NCBI GenBank assembly: GCA_964016885.1
Contig: OZ024741.1
Span: forward strand, 249,240,001 to 249,304,000
Source of the DNA: Eledone cirrhosa
Taxonomy: Eukaryota
Reading direction: 5' to 3'
DNA: 64,000 nucleotides
Every line of letters starts with the position of its first letter. Position 1 is the stretch's first letter. Below are positions 26,101 through 41,100 of the stretch, one piece after another. A program made the translations under genes and the position numbers. Below the pieces are notes generated by a model. That model was not told where the DNA came from. It searched no databases and saw only the letters and a program-made list of their open reading frames with translations.

Positions 26101-29100
26101 TGTAAAAAAAATCAGGGGGAGATAATTTGTAAAAAAATCAGGGGGAGATAATTTGTAAAAAAAAATCAGGGGAGATAATTTGTAAAAAAAATCAGGGGGA
26201 GATAATTTGTAAAAAAAAATCAGGGGTAGATAATTTGTAAAAAAAAATCAGGGGGAGATAATTTGTAAAAAAAAAATCAGGGGGAGATAATTTGTAAAAA
26301 AATCAAGGGGAGATAATTTCCAGCCGTCCAAAGGGAGATAATTTTCAGCCGTCCAAGGAGGTAATTTCTAGCCGTCCAAGGGGAGATAATTTCCAGCCGT
26401 CCAAGGGGAGATAATTTTTTTAAAAAAATCAGGCGGAGATAATTTGTAAACAAAAATCAGGGGGAGATAATTTGTAAAAAAAAATCAGGGGGAGATAATT
26501 TGTAAAAAAAAATCAGGGGGAGATAATTTGTAAAAAAAATCAAGGGGAGATAATTTCCAGCCGTCCAAGGGGAGGTAATATCTAGCCATCCAAGGGGAGA
26601 TAATTTCCAGCCGTCCAAGGGGAGATAATATCCAGCCGTCCAAGGAGACATATTTTCCAGCCGTCCAAGGAGAGGTAATTTCTAGCCGTCCAAGGGGAGA
26701 TAAGTTCCAGCCTCCAAGGGGAGATAATTTCCAGCCAGCCAAGGGGAGATAATTTGTAAAAAAATCAGGGGGAGATAATTTGTAAAAAAAAAATCAGGGG
26801 GAGATAATTTGTAAAAAAATCAGGGGGAGATAATTTGTAAAAAAAAAATCAGGGGGAGATAATTTGTAAAAAAAATCAGGGGGAGATAATTTGTAAAAAA
26901 AATCAGGGGTAGATAATTTGTAAAAAAAATCAGGGGGAGATAATTTGTAAAAAAAATCAGGGGGAGATAATTTGTAAAAAAAATCAGGGGTAGATAATTT
27001 TCAGCCCTCCAAGGGGAGATAATTTCCATCCTTCCAAGGGGAGATAATTTCCAGCTGTCCAAGGGGAGATAATTTCCCGCCAGCCAAGGAGAGATAACAT
27101 TTAAAAAAATCAGGCGGAGATAATTTGTAAAAAAAATCAGGGGGAGATAATTTGTAAAAAAATCAGGGGGAGATAATTTGTAAAAAAAATCAGGGGTAGA
27201 TAATTTCCAGCCGTCCAAGGGGAGATAATTTCCATCCTTCCAAGGGGAGATAATTTCCAGCCGTCCAAGGGGAGATAATTTCCCGCCAGCCAAGGAGAGA
27301 TAATATTTAAAAAAATCAGGCGGAGATAATTTGTAAAAAAAAATCAGGGGGAGATAATTTGTAAAAAAATCAGGGGGAGATAATTTGTAAAAAAAAATCA
27401 GGGGGAGATAATTTGTAAAAAAAATCAGGGGGAGATAATTTGTAAAAAAAAATCAGGGGTAGATAATTTGTAAAAAAAAATCAGGGGGAGATAATTTGTA
27501 AAAAAAAATCAGGGGGAGATAATTTGTAAAAAAATCAAGGGGAGATAATTTCCAGCCGTCCAAGGGGAGATAATTTTCAGCCGTCCAAGGAGAGGTAATT
27601 TCTAGCCGTCCAAGGGGAGATAATTTCCAGCCGTCCAAGGGGAGATAATTTTTTTAAAAAAATCAGGCGGAGATAATTTGTAAACAAAAATCAGGGGGAG
27701 ATAATTTGTAAAAAAAAATCAGGGGGAGATAATTTGTAAAAAAAAATCAGGGGGAGATAATTTGTAAAAAAAATCAAGGGGAGATAATTTCCAGCCGTCC
27801 AAGGGGAGGTAATATCTAGCCATCCAAGGGGAGATAATTTCCAGCCGTCCAAGGGGAGATAATTTCCAGCCGTCCAAGGGGAGATAATATCCAGCCGTCC
27901 AAGGAGACATATTTTCCAGCCGTCCAAGGAGAGGTAATTTCTAGCCGTCCAAGGGGAGATAAGTTCCAGCCTCCAAGGGGAGATAATTTCCAGCCAGCCA
28001 AGGGGAGATAATTTGTAAAAAAATCAGGGGGAGATAATTTGTAAAAAAAAATCAGGGGGAGATAATTTGTAAAAAAATCAGGGGGAGATAATTTGTAAAA
28101 AAAAATCAGGGGGAGATAATTTGTAAAAAAAATCAGGGGGAGATAATTTGTAAAAAAAATCAGGGGTAGATAATTTGTAAAAAAAATCAGGGGGAGATAA
28201 TTTGTAAAAAAAATCAGGGGGAGATAATTTGTAAAAAAAATCAGGGGTAGATAATTTTCAGCCGTCCAAGGGGAGATAATTTCCATCCTTCCAAGGGGAG
28301 ATAATTTCCAGCCGTCCAAGGGGAGATAATTTCCCGCCAGCCAAGAAGAGATAACATTTAAAAAAATCAGGCGGATATAATTTGTAAAAAAAATCAGGGG
28401 GAGATAATTTGTAAAAAAATCAGGGGGAGATAATTTGTAAAAAAAATCAGGGGTAGATAATTTCCAGCCGTCCAAGGGGAGATAATTTCCATCCTTCCAA
28501 GGGGAGATAATTTCCAGCCGTCCAAGGGGAGATAATTTCCCGCCAGCCAAGGAGAGATAACATTTAAAAAAATCAGGCGGAGATAATTTGTAAAAAAATC
28601 AGGGGGAGATAATTTGTAAAAAAAATCAGGGGTAGATAATTTCCAGCCGTCCAAGGGGATATAATTTCCATCCTTCCAAGGGGAGATAATTTCCAGCCGT
28701 CCAAGGGGAGATAATTTCCCGCCAGCCAAGGAGAGATAATATTTAAAAAAATCAGGCGGAGATAATTTGTAAAAAAAATCAGGGGGAGATAATTTGTAAA
28801 AAATATCAAGGGGAGATAATTTCCAGCCCTCCAAGGGGCTATAATTTCCAGCCGTGCAAGGGGAGATAATTTCCAGCCGTCCAAGGGGAGATAATTTCCA
28901 TCCTTCCAAGGGGAGATAATTTCCAGCCGTCCAAGGGGAGATAATTTCCCGCCAGCCAAGGGAAGATAATTTTTTAAAAAATCAGGCGGAGATTGTAAAA
29001 AAAATCAGGGGGAGATAATTTGTAAAAAAAATCAGGGGGAGATAATTTGTAAAAAAAATCAGGGGGAGATAATTTGTAAAAAAAATCAGGGGTAGATAAT

Positions 29101-32100
29101 TTTCAGCCGTCCAAGGGGAGATAATTTCCATCCTTCCAAGGGGAGATAATTTCCAGCCGTCCAAGGGGAGATAATTTCCCGCCAGCCAAGGAGAGATAAC
29201 ATTTAAAAAAATCAGGCGGAGATAATTTGTAAAAAAAATCAGGGGGAGATAATTTGTAAAAAAATCAGGGGGAGATAATTTGTAAAAAAAATCAGGGGTA
29301 GATAATTTCCAGCCGTCCAAGGGAAGATAATTTCCATCCTTCCAAGGGGAGATAATTTCCAGCCGTCCAAGGGGAGATAATTTCCCGCCAGCCAAGGAGA
29401 GATAATATTTAAAAAAATCAGGCGGAGATAATTTGTAAAAAAAATCAGGGGGAGATAATTTGTAAAAAAAAATCAGGGGGAGATAATTTGTAAAAAAAAT
29501 CAGGGGGAGATAATTTGTAAAAAAAAATCAGGGGTAGATAATTTGTAAAAAAAAATCAGGGGGAGATAATTTGTAAAAAAAAAATCAGGGGGAGATAATT
29601 TGTAAAAAAATCAAGGGGAGATAATTTCCAGCCGTCCAAGGGGAGATAATTTTCAGCCGTCCAAGGAGAGGTAATTTCTAGCCGTCCAAGGGGAGATAAT
29701 TTCCAGCCGTCCAAGGGGAGATAATTTTTTTTAAAAAATCAGGCGGAGATAATTTGTAAACAAAAATCAGGGGGAGATAATTTGTAAAAAAAAATCAGGG
29801 GGAGATAATTTGTAAAAAAAAATCAGGGGGAGATAATTTGTAAAAAAAATCAAGGGGAGATAATTTCCAGCCGTCCAAGGGGAGGTAATATCTAGCCATC
29901 CAAGGGGAGATAATTTCCAGCCGTCCAAGGGGAGATAATTTCCAGCCGTCCAAGGGGAGATAATATCCAGCCGTCCAAGGAGACATATTTTCCAGCCGTC
30001 CAAGGAGACGTAATTTCTAGCCGTCCAAGGGGAGATAAGTTCCAGCCTCCAAGGGGAGATAATTTCCAGCCAGCCAAGGGGAGATAATTTGTAAAAAAAT
30101 TAGGGGGAGATAATTTGTAAAAAAAAATTAGGGGGAGATAATTTGTAAAAAAAAATCAGGGGGAGATAATTTGTAAAAAAAAATCAGGGGGAGATAATTT
30201 GTAAAAAAAATCAAGGGGAGATAATTTCCAGCCGTCCAAGGGGAGATAATTTTCAGCCGTCCAAGGAGAGGTAAATTCTAGCCGTCCAAGGAGATATAAT
30301 TTCCAGCCGTCCAAGGGGAGATAATTTCCAGCCAGCCAAGGGGAGATAATTTGTAAAAAAATCAGGGGGAGATAATTTGTAAAAAAAAAATCAGGGGGAG
30401 ATAATTTGTAAAAAAATCAGGGGGAGATAATTTGTAAAAAAAAAATCAGGGGGAGATAATTTGTAAAAAAAATCAGGGGGAGATAATTTGTAAAAAAAAT
30501 CAGGGGTAGATAATTTGTAAAAAAAATCAGGGGGAGATAATTTGTAAAAAAAATCAGGGGGAGATAATTTGTAAAAAAAATCAGGGGTAGATAATTTTCA
30601 GCCCTCCAAGGGGAGATAATTTCCATCCTTCCAAGGGGAGATAATTTCCAGCCGTCCAAGGGGAGATAATTTCCCGCCAGCCAAGGAGAGATAACATTTA
30701 AAAAAATCAGGCGGAGATAATTTGTAAAAAAAATCAGGGGGAGATAATTTGTAAAAAAATCAGGGGGAGATAATTTGTAAAAAAAATCAGGGGTAGATAA
30801 TTTCCAGCCGTCCAAGGGGAGATAATTTCCATCCTTCCAAGGGGAGATAATTTCCAGCCGTCCAAGGGGAGATAATTTCCCGCCAGCCAAGGAGAGATAA
30901 TATTTAAAAAAATCAGGCGGAGATAATTTGTAAAAAAAAATCAGGGGGAGATAATTTGTAAAAAAATCAGGGGGAGATAATTTGTAAAAAAAAATCAGGG
31001 GGAGATAATTTGTAAAAAAAATCAGGGGGAGATAATTTGTAAAAAAAAATCAGGGGTAGATAATTTGTAAAAAAAAATCAGGGGGAGATAATTTGTAAAA
31101 AAAAATCAGGGGGAGATAATTTGTAAAAAAATCAAGGGGAGATAATTTCCAGCCGTCCAAGGGGAGATAATTTTCAGCCGTCCAAGGAGAGGTAATTTCT
31201 AGCCGTCCAAGGGGAGATAATTTCCAGCCGTCCAAGGGGAGATAATTTTTTTAAAAAAATCAGGCGGAGATAATTTGTAAACAAAAATCAGGGGGAGATA
31301 ATTTGTAAAAAAAAATCAGGGGGAGATAATTTGTAAAAAAAAATCAGGGGGAGATAATTTGTAAAAAAAATCAAGGGGAGATAATTTCCAGCCGTCCAAG
31401 GGGAGGTAATATCTAGCCATCCAAGGGGAGATAATTTCCAGCCGTCCAAGGGGAGATAATTTCCAGCCGTCCAAGGGGAGATAATATCCAGCCGTCCAAG
31501 GAGACATATTTTCCAGCCGTCCAAGGAGAGGTAATTTCTAGCCGTCCAAGGGGAGATAAGTTCCAGCCTCCAAGGGGAGATAATTTCCAGCCAGCCAAGG
31601 GGAGATAATTTGTAAAAAAATCAGGGGGAGATAATTTGTAAAAAAAAATCAGGGGGAGATAATTTGTAAAAAAATCAGGGGGAGATAATTTGTAAAAAAA
31701 AATCAGGGGGAGATAATTTGTAAAAAAAATCAGGGGGAGATAATTTGTAAAAAAAATCAGGGGTAGATAATTTGTAAAAAAAATCAGGGGGAGATAATTT
31801 GTAAAAAAAATCAGGGGGAGATAATTTGTAAAAAAAATCAGGGGTAGATAATTTTCAGCCGTCCAAGGGGAGATAATTTCCATCCTTCCAAGGGGAGATA
31901 ATTTCCAGCCGTCCAAGGGGAGATAATTTCCCGCCAGCCAAGGAGAGATAACATTTAAAAAAATCAGGCGGAGATAATTTGTAAAAAAAATCAGGGGGAG
32001 ATAATTTGTAAAAAAATCAGGGGGAGATAATTTGTAAAAAAAATCAGGGGTAGATAATTTCCAGCCGTCCAAGGGGAGATAATTTCCATCCTTCCAAGGG

Positions 32101-35100
32101 GAGATAATTTCCAGCCGTCCAAGGGGAGATAATTTCCCGCCAGCCAAGGAGAGATAACATTTAAAAAAATCAGGCGGAGATAATTTGTAAAAAAATCAGG
32201 GGGAGATAATTTGTAAAAAAATCAGGGGGAGATAATTTGTAAAAAAAAATCAGGGGGAGATAATTTGTAAAAAAAATCAGGGGGAGATAATTTGTAAAAA
32301 AAAATCAGGGGTAGATAATTTGTAAAAAAAAATCAGGGGGAGATAATTTGTAAAAAAATCAAGGGGAGATAATTTCCAGCCGTCCAAGGGGAGATAATTT
32401 TCAGCCGTCCAAGGAGAGGTAATTTCTAGCCGTCCAAGGGGAGATAATTTCCAGCCGTCCAAGGGGAGATAATTTTTTAAAAAAATCAGGCGGAGATAAT
32501 TTGTAAACAAAAATCAGGGGGAGATAATTTGTAAAAAAAAATCAGGGGGAGATAATTTGTAAAAAAAAATCAGGGGGAGATAATTTGTAAAAAAAATCAA
32601 GGGGAGATAATTTCCAGCCGTCCAAGGGGAGGTAATATCTAGCCATCCAAGGGGAGATAATTTCCAGCCGTCCAAGGGGAGATAATTTCCAGCCGTCCAA
32701 GGGGAGATAATATCCAGCCGTCCAAGGAGACATATTTTCCAGCCGTCCAAGGAGACGTAATTTCTAGCCGTCCAAGGGGAGATAAGTTCCAGCCTCCAAG
32801 GGGAGATAATTTCCAGCCAGCCAAGGGGAGATAATTTGTAAAAAAATTAGGGGGAGATAATTTGTAAAAAAAAATTAGGGGGAGATAATTTGTAAAAAAA
32901 AATCAGGGGGAGATAATTTGTAAAAAAAAATCAGGGGGAGATAATTTGTAAAAAAAATCAAGGGGAGATAATTTCCAGCCGTCCAAGGGGAGATAATTTT
33001 CAGCCGTCCAAGGAGAGGTAAATTCTAGCCGTCCAAGGAGATATAATTTCCAGCCGTCCAAGGGGAGATAATTTCCAGCCGTCCAAGGGGAGATAATTTT
33101 TAAAAAAAAATCAGGCGGAGATAATTTGTAAACAAAAATCAGGGGGAGATAATTTTTAAAAAAAAATCAGGGGGAGATAATTTGTAAAAAAAAATCAGGG
33201 GGAGATAATTTGTAAAAAAAATCAAGGGGAGATAATTTCCAGCCGTCCAAGGGGAGGTAATATCTAGCCATCCAAGGGGAGATAATTTCCAGCCGTCCAA
33301 GGGGAGATAATTTCCAGCCGTCCAAGGGGAGATAATATCCAGCCGTCCAAGGAGACATATTTTCCAGCCGTCCAAGGAGAGGTAATTTCTAGCCGTCCAA
33401 GGGGAGATAAGTTCCAGCCTCCAAGGGGAGATAATTTCCAGCCAGCCAAGGGGAGATAATTTGTAAAAAAATCAGGGGGGAGATAATTTGTAAAAAAAAT
33501 CAGGGGGAGATAATTTGAAAAAAAAATCAGGGGGAGATAATTTGTAAAAAATATCAAGGGGAGATAATTTCCAGCCCTCCAAGGGGCTATAATTTCCAGC
33601 CGTGCAAGGGGAGATAATTTCCAGCCGTCCAAGGGGAGATAATTTCCATCCTTCCAAGGGGAGATAATTTCCAGCCGTCCAAGGGGAGATAATTTCCCGC
33701 CAGCCAAGGGAAGATAATTTTTTAAAAAATCAGGCGGAGATTGTAAAAAAAATCAGGGGGAGATAATTTGTAAAAAAAATCAGGGGGAGATAATTTGTAA
33801 AAAAAATCAGGGGGAGATAATTTGTAAAAAAAATCAGGGGTAGATAATTTTCAGCCGTCCAAGGGGAGATAATTTCCATCCTTCCAAGGGGAGATAATTT
33901 CCAGCCGTCCAAGGGGAGATAATTTCCCGCCAGCCAAGGAGAGATAACATTTAAAAAAATCAGGCGGAGATAATTTGTAAAAAAAATCAGGGGGAGATAA
34001 TTTGTAAAAAAATCAGGGGGAGATAATTTGTAAAAAAAATCAGGGGTAGATAATTTCCAGCCGTCCAAGGGGAGATAATTTCCATCCTTCCAAGGGGAGA
34101 TAATTTCCAGCCGTCCAAGGGGAGATAATTTCCCGCCAGCCAAGGAGAGATAATATTTAAAAAAATCAGGCGGAGATAATTTGTAAAAAAAATCAGGGGG
34201 AGATAATTTGTAAAAAAATCAGGGGGAGATAATTTGTAAAAAAAAATCAGGGGGAGATAATTTGTAAAAAAAATCAGGGGGAGATAATTTGTAAAAAAAA
34301 ATCAGGGGTAGATAATTTGTAAAAAAAAATCAGGGGGAGATAATTTGTAAAAAAAAAATCAGGGGGAGATAATTTGTAAAAAAATCAAGGGGAGATAATT
34401 TCCAGCCGTCCAAGGGGAGATAATTTTCAGCCGTCCAAGGAGAGGTAATTTCTAGCCGTCCAAGGGGAGATAATTTCCAGCCGTCCAAGGGGAGATAATT
34501 TTTTTAAAAAAATCAGGCGGAGATAATTTGTAAACAAAAATCAGGGGGAGATAATTTGTAAAAAAAAATCAGGGGGAGATAATTTGTAAAAAAAAATCAG
34601 GGGGAGATAATTTGTAAAAAAAATCAAGGGGAGATAATTTCCAGCCGTCCAAGGGGAGGTAATATCTAGCCATCCAAGGGGAGATAATTTCCAGCCGTCC
34701 AAGGGGAGATAATTTCCAGCCGTCCAAGGGGAGATAATATCCAGCCGTCCAAGGAGAATATTTTCCAGCCGTCCAAGGAGACGTAATTTCTAGCCGTCCA
34801 AGGGGAGATAAGTTCCAGCCTCCAAGGGGAGATAATTTCCAGCCAGCCAAGGGGAGATAATTTGTAAAAAAATTAGGGGGAGATAATTTGTAAAAAAAAA
34901 TTAGGGGGAGATAATTTGTAAAAAAAAATCAGGGGGAGATAATTTGTAAAAAAAAATCAGGGGGAGATAATTTGTAAAAAAAATCAAGGGGAGATAATTT
35001 CCAGCCGTCCAAGGGGAGATAATTTTCAGCCGTCCAAGGAGAGGTAAATTCTAGCCGTCCAAGGAGATATAATTTCCAGCCGTCCAAGGGGAGATAATTT

Positions 35101-38100
35101 CCAGCCAGCCAAGGGGAGATAATTTGTAAAAAAATCAGGGGGAGATAATTTGTAAAAAAAAAATCAGGGGGAGATAATTTGTAAAAAAATCAGGGGGAGA
35201 TAATTTGTAAAAAAAAAATCAGGGGGAGATAATTTGTAAAAAAAATCAGGGGGAGATAATTTGTAAAAAAAATCAGGGGTAGATAATTTGTAAAAAAAAT
35301 CAGGGGGAGATAATTTGTAAAAAAAATCAGGGGGAGATAATTTGTAAAAAAAATCAGGGGTAGATAATTTTCAGCCCTCCAAGGGGAGATAATTTCCATC
35401 CTTCCAAGGGGAGATAATTTCCAGCCGTCCAAGGGGAGATAATTTCCCGCCAGCCAAGGAGAGATAACATTTAAAAAAATCAGGCGGAGATAATTTGTAA
35501 AAAAAATCAGGGGGAGATAATTTGTAAAAAATCAGGGGGAGATAATTTGTAAAAAAAAATCAGGGGGAGATAATTTGTAAAAAAAAATCAGGGGGAGATA
35601 ATTTGTAAAAAAAAATCAGGGGGAGATAATTTGTAAAAAAAAAATCAGGGGGAGATAATTTGTAAAAAAATCAAGGGGAGATAATTTCCAGCCGTCCAAG
35701 GGGAGATAATTTTCAGCCGTCCAAGGAGAGGTAATTTCTAGCCGTCCAAGGGGAGATAATTTCCAGCCGTCCAAGGGGAGATAATTTTTTTAAAAAAATC
35801 AGGCGGAGATAATTTGTAAACAAAATCAGGGGGAGATAATTTGTAAAAAAAAAATCAGGGGGTGATAATTTGTAAAAAAATCAAGGGGAGATAATTTCCA
35901 GCCGTCCAAGGGGAGATAATTTTCAGCCGTCCAAGGAGAGGTAATTTCTAGCCGTCCAAGGGGAGATAATTTCCAGCCAGCCAAGGGGAGATAATTTGTA
36001 AAAAAATCAGGGGTAGATAATTTGTAAAAAAAAATCAGGGGGAGATAATTTGTAAAAAAAATCAGGGGGAGATAATTTGTAAAAAAAAATCAGGGGTAGA
36101 TAATTTCCAGCCGTCCAAGGGGAGATAATTTCCATCCTTCCAAGGGGAGATAATTTCCAGCCGTCCAAGGGGAGATAATTTCCCGCCAGCCAAGGAGAGA
36201 TAACATTTAAAAAAATCAGGCGGAGATAATTTGTAAAAAAAATCAGGGGGAGATAATTTGTAAAAAAATCAGGGGGAGATAATTTGTAAAAAAAATCAGG
36301 GGAAGATAATTTGTAAAAAAAATCAGGGGTAGATAATTTGTAAAAAAAATCAGGGGGAGATAATTTGTAAAAAAAATCAGGGGGAGATAATTTGTAAAAA
36401 AAATCAGGGGTAGATAATTTCCCGCCAGGGGAGATAATTTCCCGCCAGCCAAGGAGAGATAATATTTAAAAAAATCAGGCGGAGATAATTTGTAAAAAAA
36501 ATCAGGGGGAGATAATTTGTAAAAAAATCAAGGGGAGATAATTTCCAGCCGTCCAAGGGGAGATAATTTTCAGCCGTCCAAGGAGAGGTAATTTCTAGCC
36601 GTCCAAGGGGAGATAATTTCCAGCCGTCCAAGGGGAGATAATTTTTTTAAAAAAATCAGGCGGAGATAATTTGTAAACAAAAATCAGGGGGAGATAATTT
36701 GTAAAAAAAAATCAGGGGGAGATAATTTGTAAAAAAAAATCAGGGGGAGATAATTTGTAAAAAAAATCAAGGGGAGATAATTTCCAGCCGTCCAAGGGGA
36801 GGTAATATCTAGCCATCCAAGGGGAGATAATTTCCAGCCGTCCAAGGGGAGATAATTTCCAGCCGTCCAAGGGGAGATAATATCCAGCCGTCCAAGGAGA
36901 CATATTTTCCAGCCGTCCAAGGAGACGTAATTTCTAGCCGTCCAAGGGGAGATAAGTTCCAGCCTCCAAGGGGAGATAATTTCCAGCCAGCCAAGGGGAG
37001 ATAATTTGTAAAAAAATTAGGGGGAGATAATTTGTAAAAAAAAATTAGGGGGAGATAATTTGTAAAAAAAAATCAGGGGGAGATAATTTGTAAAAAAAAA
37101 TCAGGGGGAGATAATTTGTAAAAAAAATCAAGGGGAGATAATTTCCAGCCGTCCAAGGGGAGATAATTTTCAGCCGTCCAAGGAGAGGTAAATTCTAGCC
37201 GTCCAAGGAGATATAATTTCCAGCCGTCCAAGGGGAGATAATTTCCAGCCGTCCAAGGGGAGATAATTTTTAAAAAAAAATCAGGCGGAGATAATTTGTA
37301 AACAAAAATCAGGGGGAGATAATTTTTTAAAAAAAATCAGGGGGAGATAATTTGTAAAAAAAAATCAGGGGGAGATAATTTGTAAAAAAAATCAAGGGGA
37401 GATAATTTCCAGCCGTCCAAGGGGAGGTAATATCTAGCCATCCAAGAGGAGATAATTTCCAGCCGTCCAAGGAGAGATAATATCCAGCCGTCCAAGGAGA
37501 CATATTTTCCAGCCGTCCAAGAAGAGGTAATTTCTAGCCGTCCAAGGGGAGATAAGTTCCAGCCTCCAAGGGGAGATAATTTCCAGCCAGCCAAGGGGAG
37601 ATAATTTGTAAAAAAATCAGGGGGGAGATAATTTGTAAAAAAAATCAGGGGGAGATAATTTGAAAAAAAAATCAGGGGGAGATAATTTGTAAAAAATATC
37701 AAGGGGAGATAATTTCCAGCCCTCCAAGGGGCTATAATTTCCAGCCGTGCAAGGGGAGATAATTTCCAGCCGTCCAAGGGGAGATAATTTCCATCCTTCC
37801 AAGGGGAGATAATTTCCAGCCGTCCAAGGGGAGATAATTTCCCGCCAGCCAAGGGAAGATAATTTTTTTAAAAATCAGGCGGAGATTGTAAAAAAAATCA
37901 GGGGGAGATAATTTGTAAAAAAATCAGGGGGAGATAATTTGTAAAAAAAAAATCAGGGGGAGATAATTTGTAAAAAAAAATCAGGGGGAGATAATTTGTA
38001 AAAAAAATCAGGGAGAGATAATTTGTAAAAAAAATCAGGGGTAGATAATTTGTAAAAAAAATCAGGGGGAGATAATTTGTAAAAAAAATCAGGGGGAGAT

Positions 38101-41100
38101 AATTTGTAAAAAAAATCAGGGGTAGATAATTTTCAGCCGTCCAAGGGGAGATAATTTCCATCCTTCCAAGGGGAGATAATTTCCAGCCGTCCAAGGGGAG
38201 ATAATTTCCCGCCAGCCAAGGAGAGATAACATTTAAAAAAATCAGGCGGAGATAATTTGTAAAAAAATCAGGGGGAGATAATTTGTAAAAAAAATCAGGG
38301 GTAGATAATTTCCAGCCGTCCAAGGGGAGATAATTTCCATCCTTCCGAGGGGAGATAATTTCCAGCCGTCCAAGGGGAGATAATTTCCCGCCAGCCAAGG
38401 AGAGATAATATTTAAAAAAATCAGGCGGAGATAATTTGTAAAAAAAATCAGGGGGAGATAATTTGTAAAAAAAAATCAGGGGGAGATAATTTGTAAAAAA
38501 AAATCAGGGGGAGATAATTTGTAAAAAAAAATCAGGGGTAGATAATTTGTAAAAAAAAATCAGGGGGAGATAATTTGTAAAAAAAAAATCAAGGGGAGAT
38601 AATTTCCAGCCGTCCAAGGGGAGATAATTTTCAGCCGTCCAAGGAGAGGTAATTTCTAGCCGTCCAAGGGGAGATAATTTCCAGCCAGCCAAGGGGAGAT
38701 AATTTCCCGCCAGCCAAGGAGAGATAACATTTAAAAAAATCAGGCGGAGATAATTTGTAAAAAAAATCAGGGGGAGATAATTTGTAAAAAAATCAGGGGG
38801 AGATAATTTGTAAAAAAAATCAGGGGTAGATAATTTCCAGCCGTCCAAGGGGAGATAATTTCCATCCTTCCAAGGGGAGATAATTTCCAGCCGTCCAAGG
38901 GGAGATAATTTCCCGCCAGCCAAGGAGAGATAATATTTAAAAAAATCAGGCGGAGATAATTTGTAAAAAAAATCAGGGGGAGATAATTTGTAAAAAAATC
39001 AGGGGGAGATAATTTGTAAAAAAAAATCAGGGGAGATAATTTGTAAAAAAAATCAGGGGGAGATAATTTGTAAAAAAAAATCAGGGGTAGATAATTTGTA
39101 AAAAAAAATCAGGGGGAGATAATTTGTAAAAAAAAAATCAGGGGGAGATAATTTGTAAAAAAATCAAGGGGAGATAATTTCCAGCCGTCCAAAGGGAGAT
39201 AATTTTCAGCCGTCCAAGGAGGTAATTTCTAGCCGTCCAAGGGGAGATAATTTCCAGCCGTCCAAGGGGAGATAATTTTTTTAAAAAAATCAGGCGGAGA
39301 TAATTTGTAAACAAAAATCAGGGGGAGATAATTTGTAAAAAAAAATCAGGGGGAGATAATTTGTAAAAAAAAATCAGGGGGAGATAATTTGTAAAAAAAA
39401 TCAAGGGGAGATAATTTCCAGCCGTCCAAGGGGAGGTAATATCTAGCCATCCAAGGGGAGATAATTTCCAGCCGTCCAAGGGGAGATAATTTCCAGCCGT
39501 CCAAGGGGAGATAATATCCAGCCGTCCAAGGAGACATATTTTCCAGCCGTCCAAGGAGAGGTAATTTCTAGCCGTCCAAGGGGAGATAAGTTCCAGCCTC
39601 CAAGGGGAGATAATTTCCAGCCAGCCAAGGGGAGATAATTTATAAAAAATCAGCGGGAGATAATTTTTAAAAAAAAAATCAGGGGGAGATAATTTGTAAA
39701 AAAATCAGGGGGAGATAATTTGTAAAAAAAAAATCAGGGGGAGATAATTTGTAAAAAAAATCAGGGGGAGATAATTTGTAAAAAAAATCAGGGGTAGATA
39801 ATTTGTAAAAAAAATCAGGGGGAGATAATTTGTAAAAAAAATCAGGGGGAGATAATTTGTAAAAAAAATCAGGGGTAGATAATTTGTAAAAAAAAATCAG
39901 GGGGAGATAATTTGTAAAAAAAATCAGGGGGAGATAATTTGTAAAAAAAATCAGGGGTAGATAATTTCCAGCCGTCCAAGGGGAGATAATTTCCATCCTT
40001 CCAAGGGGAGATAATTTCCAGCCGTCCAAGGGGAGATAATTTCCCGCCAGCCAAGGAGAGATAACATTTAAAAAAATCAGGCGGAGATAATTTGTAAAAA
40101 AAATCAGGGGGAGATAATTTGTAAAAAAATCAGGGGGAGATAATTTGTAAAAAAAATCAGGGGTAGATAATTTCCAGCCGTCCAAGGGGAGATAATTTCC
40201 ATCCTTCCAAGGGGAGATAATTTCCAGCCGTCCAAGGGGAGATAATTTCCCGCCAGCCAAGGAGAGATAATATTTAAAAAAATATGCGGAGATAATTTGT
40301 AAAAAAAATCAGGGGGAGATAATTTGTAAAAAAATCAGGGGGAGATAATTTGTAAAAAAAATCAGGGGGAGATAATTTGTAAAAAAAATCAGGGGTAGAT
40401 AATTTGTAAAAAAAATCAGGGGGAGATAATTTGTAAAAAAAATCAGGGGGAGATAATTTGTAAAAAAAATCAGGGGTAGATAATTTCCCGCCAGGGGAGA
40501 TAATTTCCCGCCAGCCAAGGAGAGATAATATTTAAAAAAATCAGGCGGAGATAATTTGTAAAAAAAATCAGGGGGAGATAATTTGTAAAAAAATCAAGGG
40601 GAGATAATTTCCAGCCGTCCAAGGGGAGATAATTTTCAGCCGTCCAAGGAGAGGTAATTTCTAGCCGTCCAAGGGGAGATAATTTCCAGCCGTCCAAGGG
40701 GAGATAATTTTTAAAAAAAAATCAGGCGGAGATAATTTGTAAACAAAAATCAGGGGGAGATAATTTGTAAAAAAAAATCAGGGGGAGATAATTTGTAAAA
40801 AAAAATCAGGGGGAGATAATTTGTAAAAAAAATCAAGGGGAGATAATTTCCAGCCGTCCAAGGGGAGGTAATATCTAGCCATCCAAGGGGAGATAATTTC
40901 CAGCCGTCCAAGGGGAGATAATTTCCAGCCGTCCAAGGGGAGATAATATCCAGCCGTCCAAGGAGACATATTTTCCAGCCGTCCAAGGAGACGTAATTTC
41001 TAGCCGTCCAAGGGGAGATAAGTTCCAGCCTCCAAGGGGAGATAATTTCCAGCCAGCCAAGGGGAGATAATTTGTAAAAAAATTAGGGGGAGATAATTTG

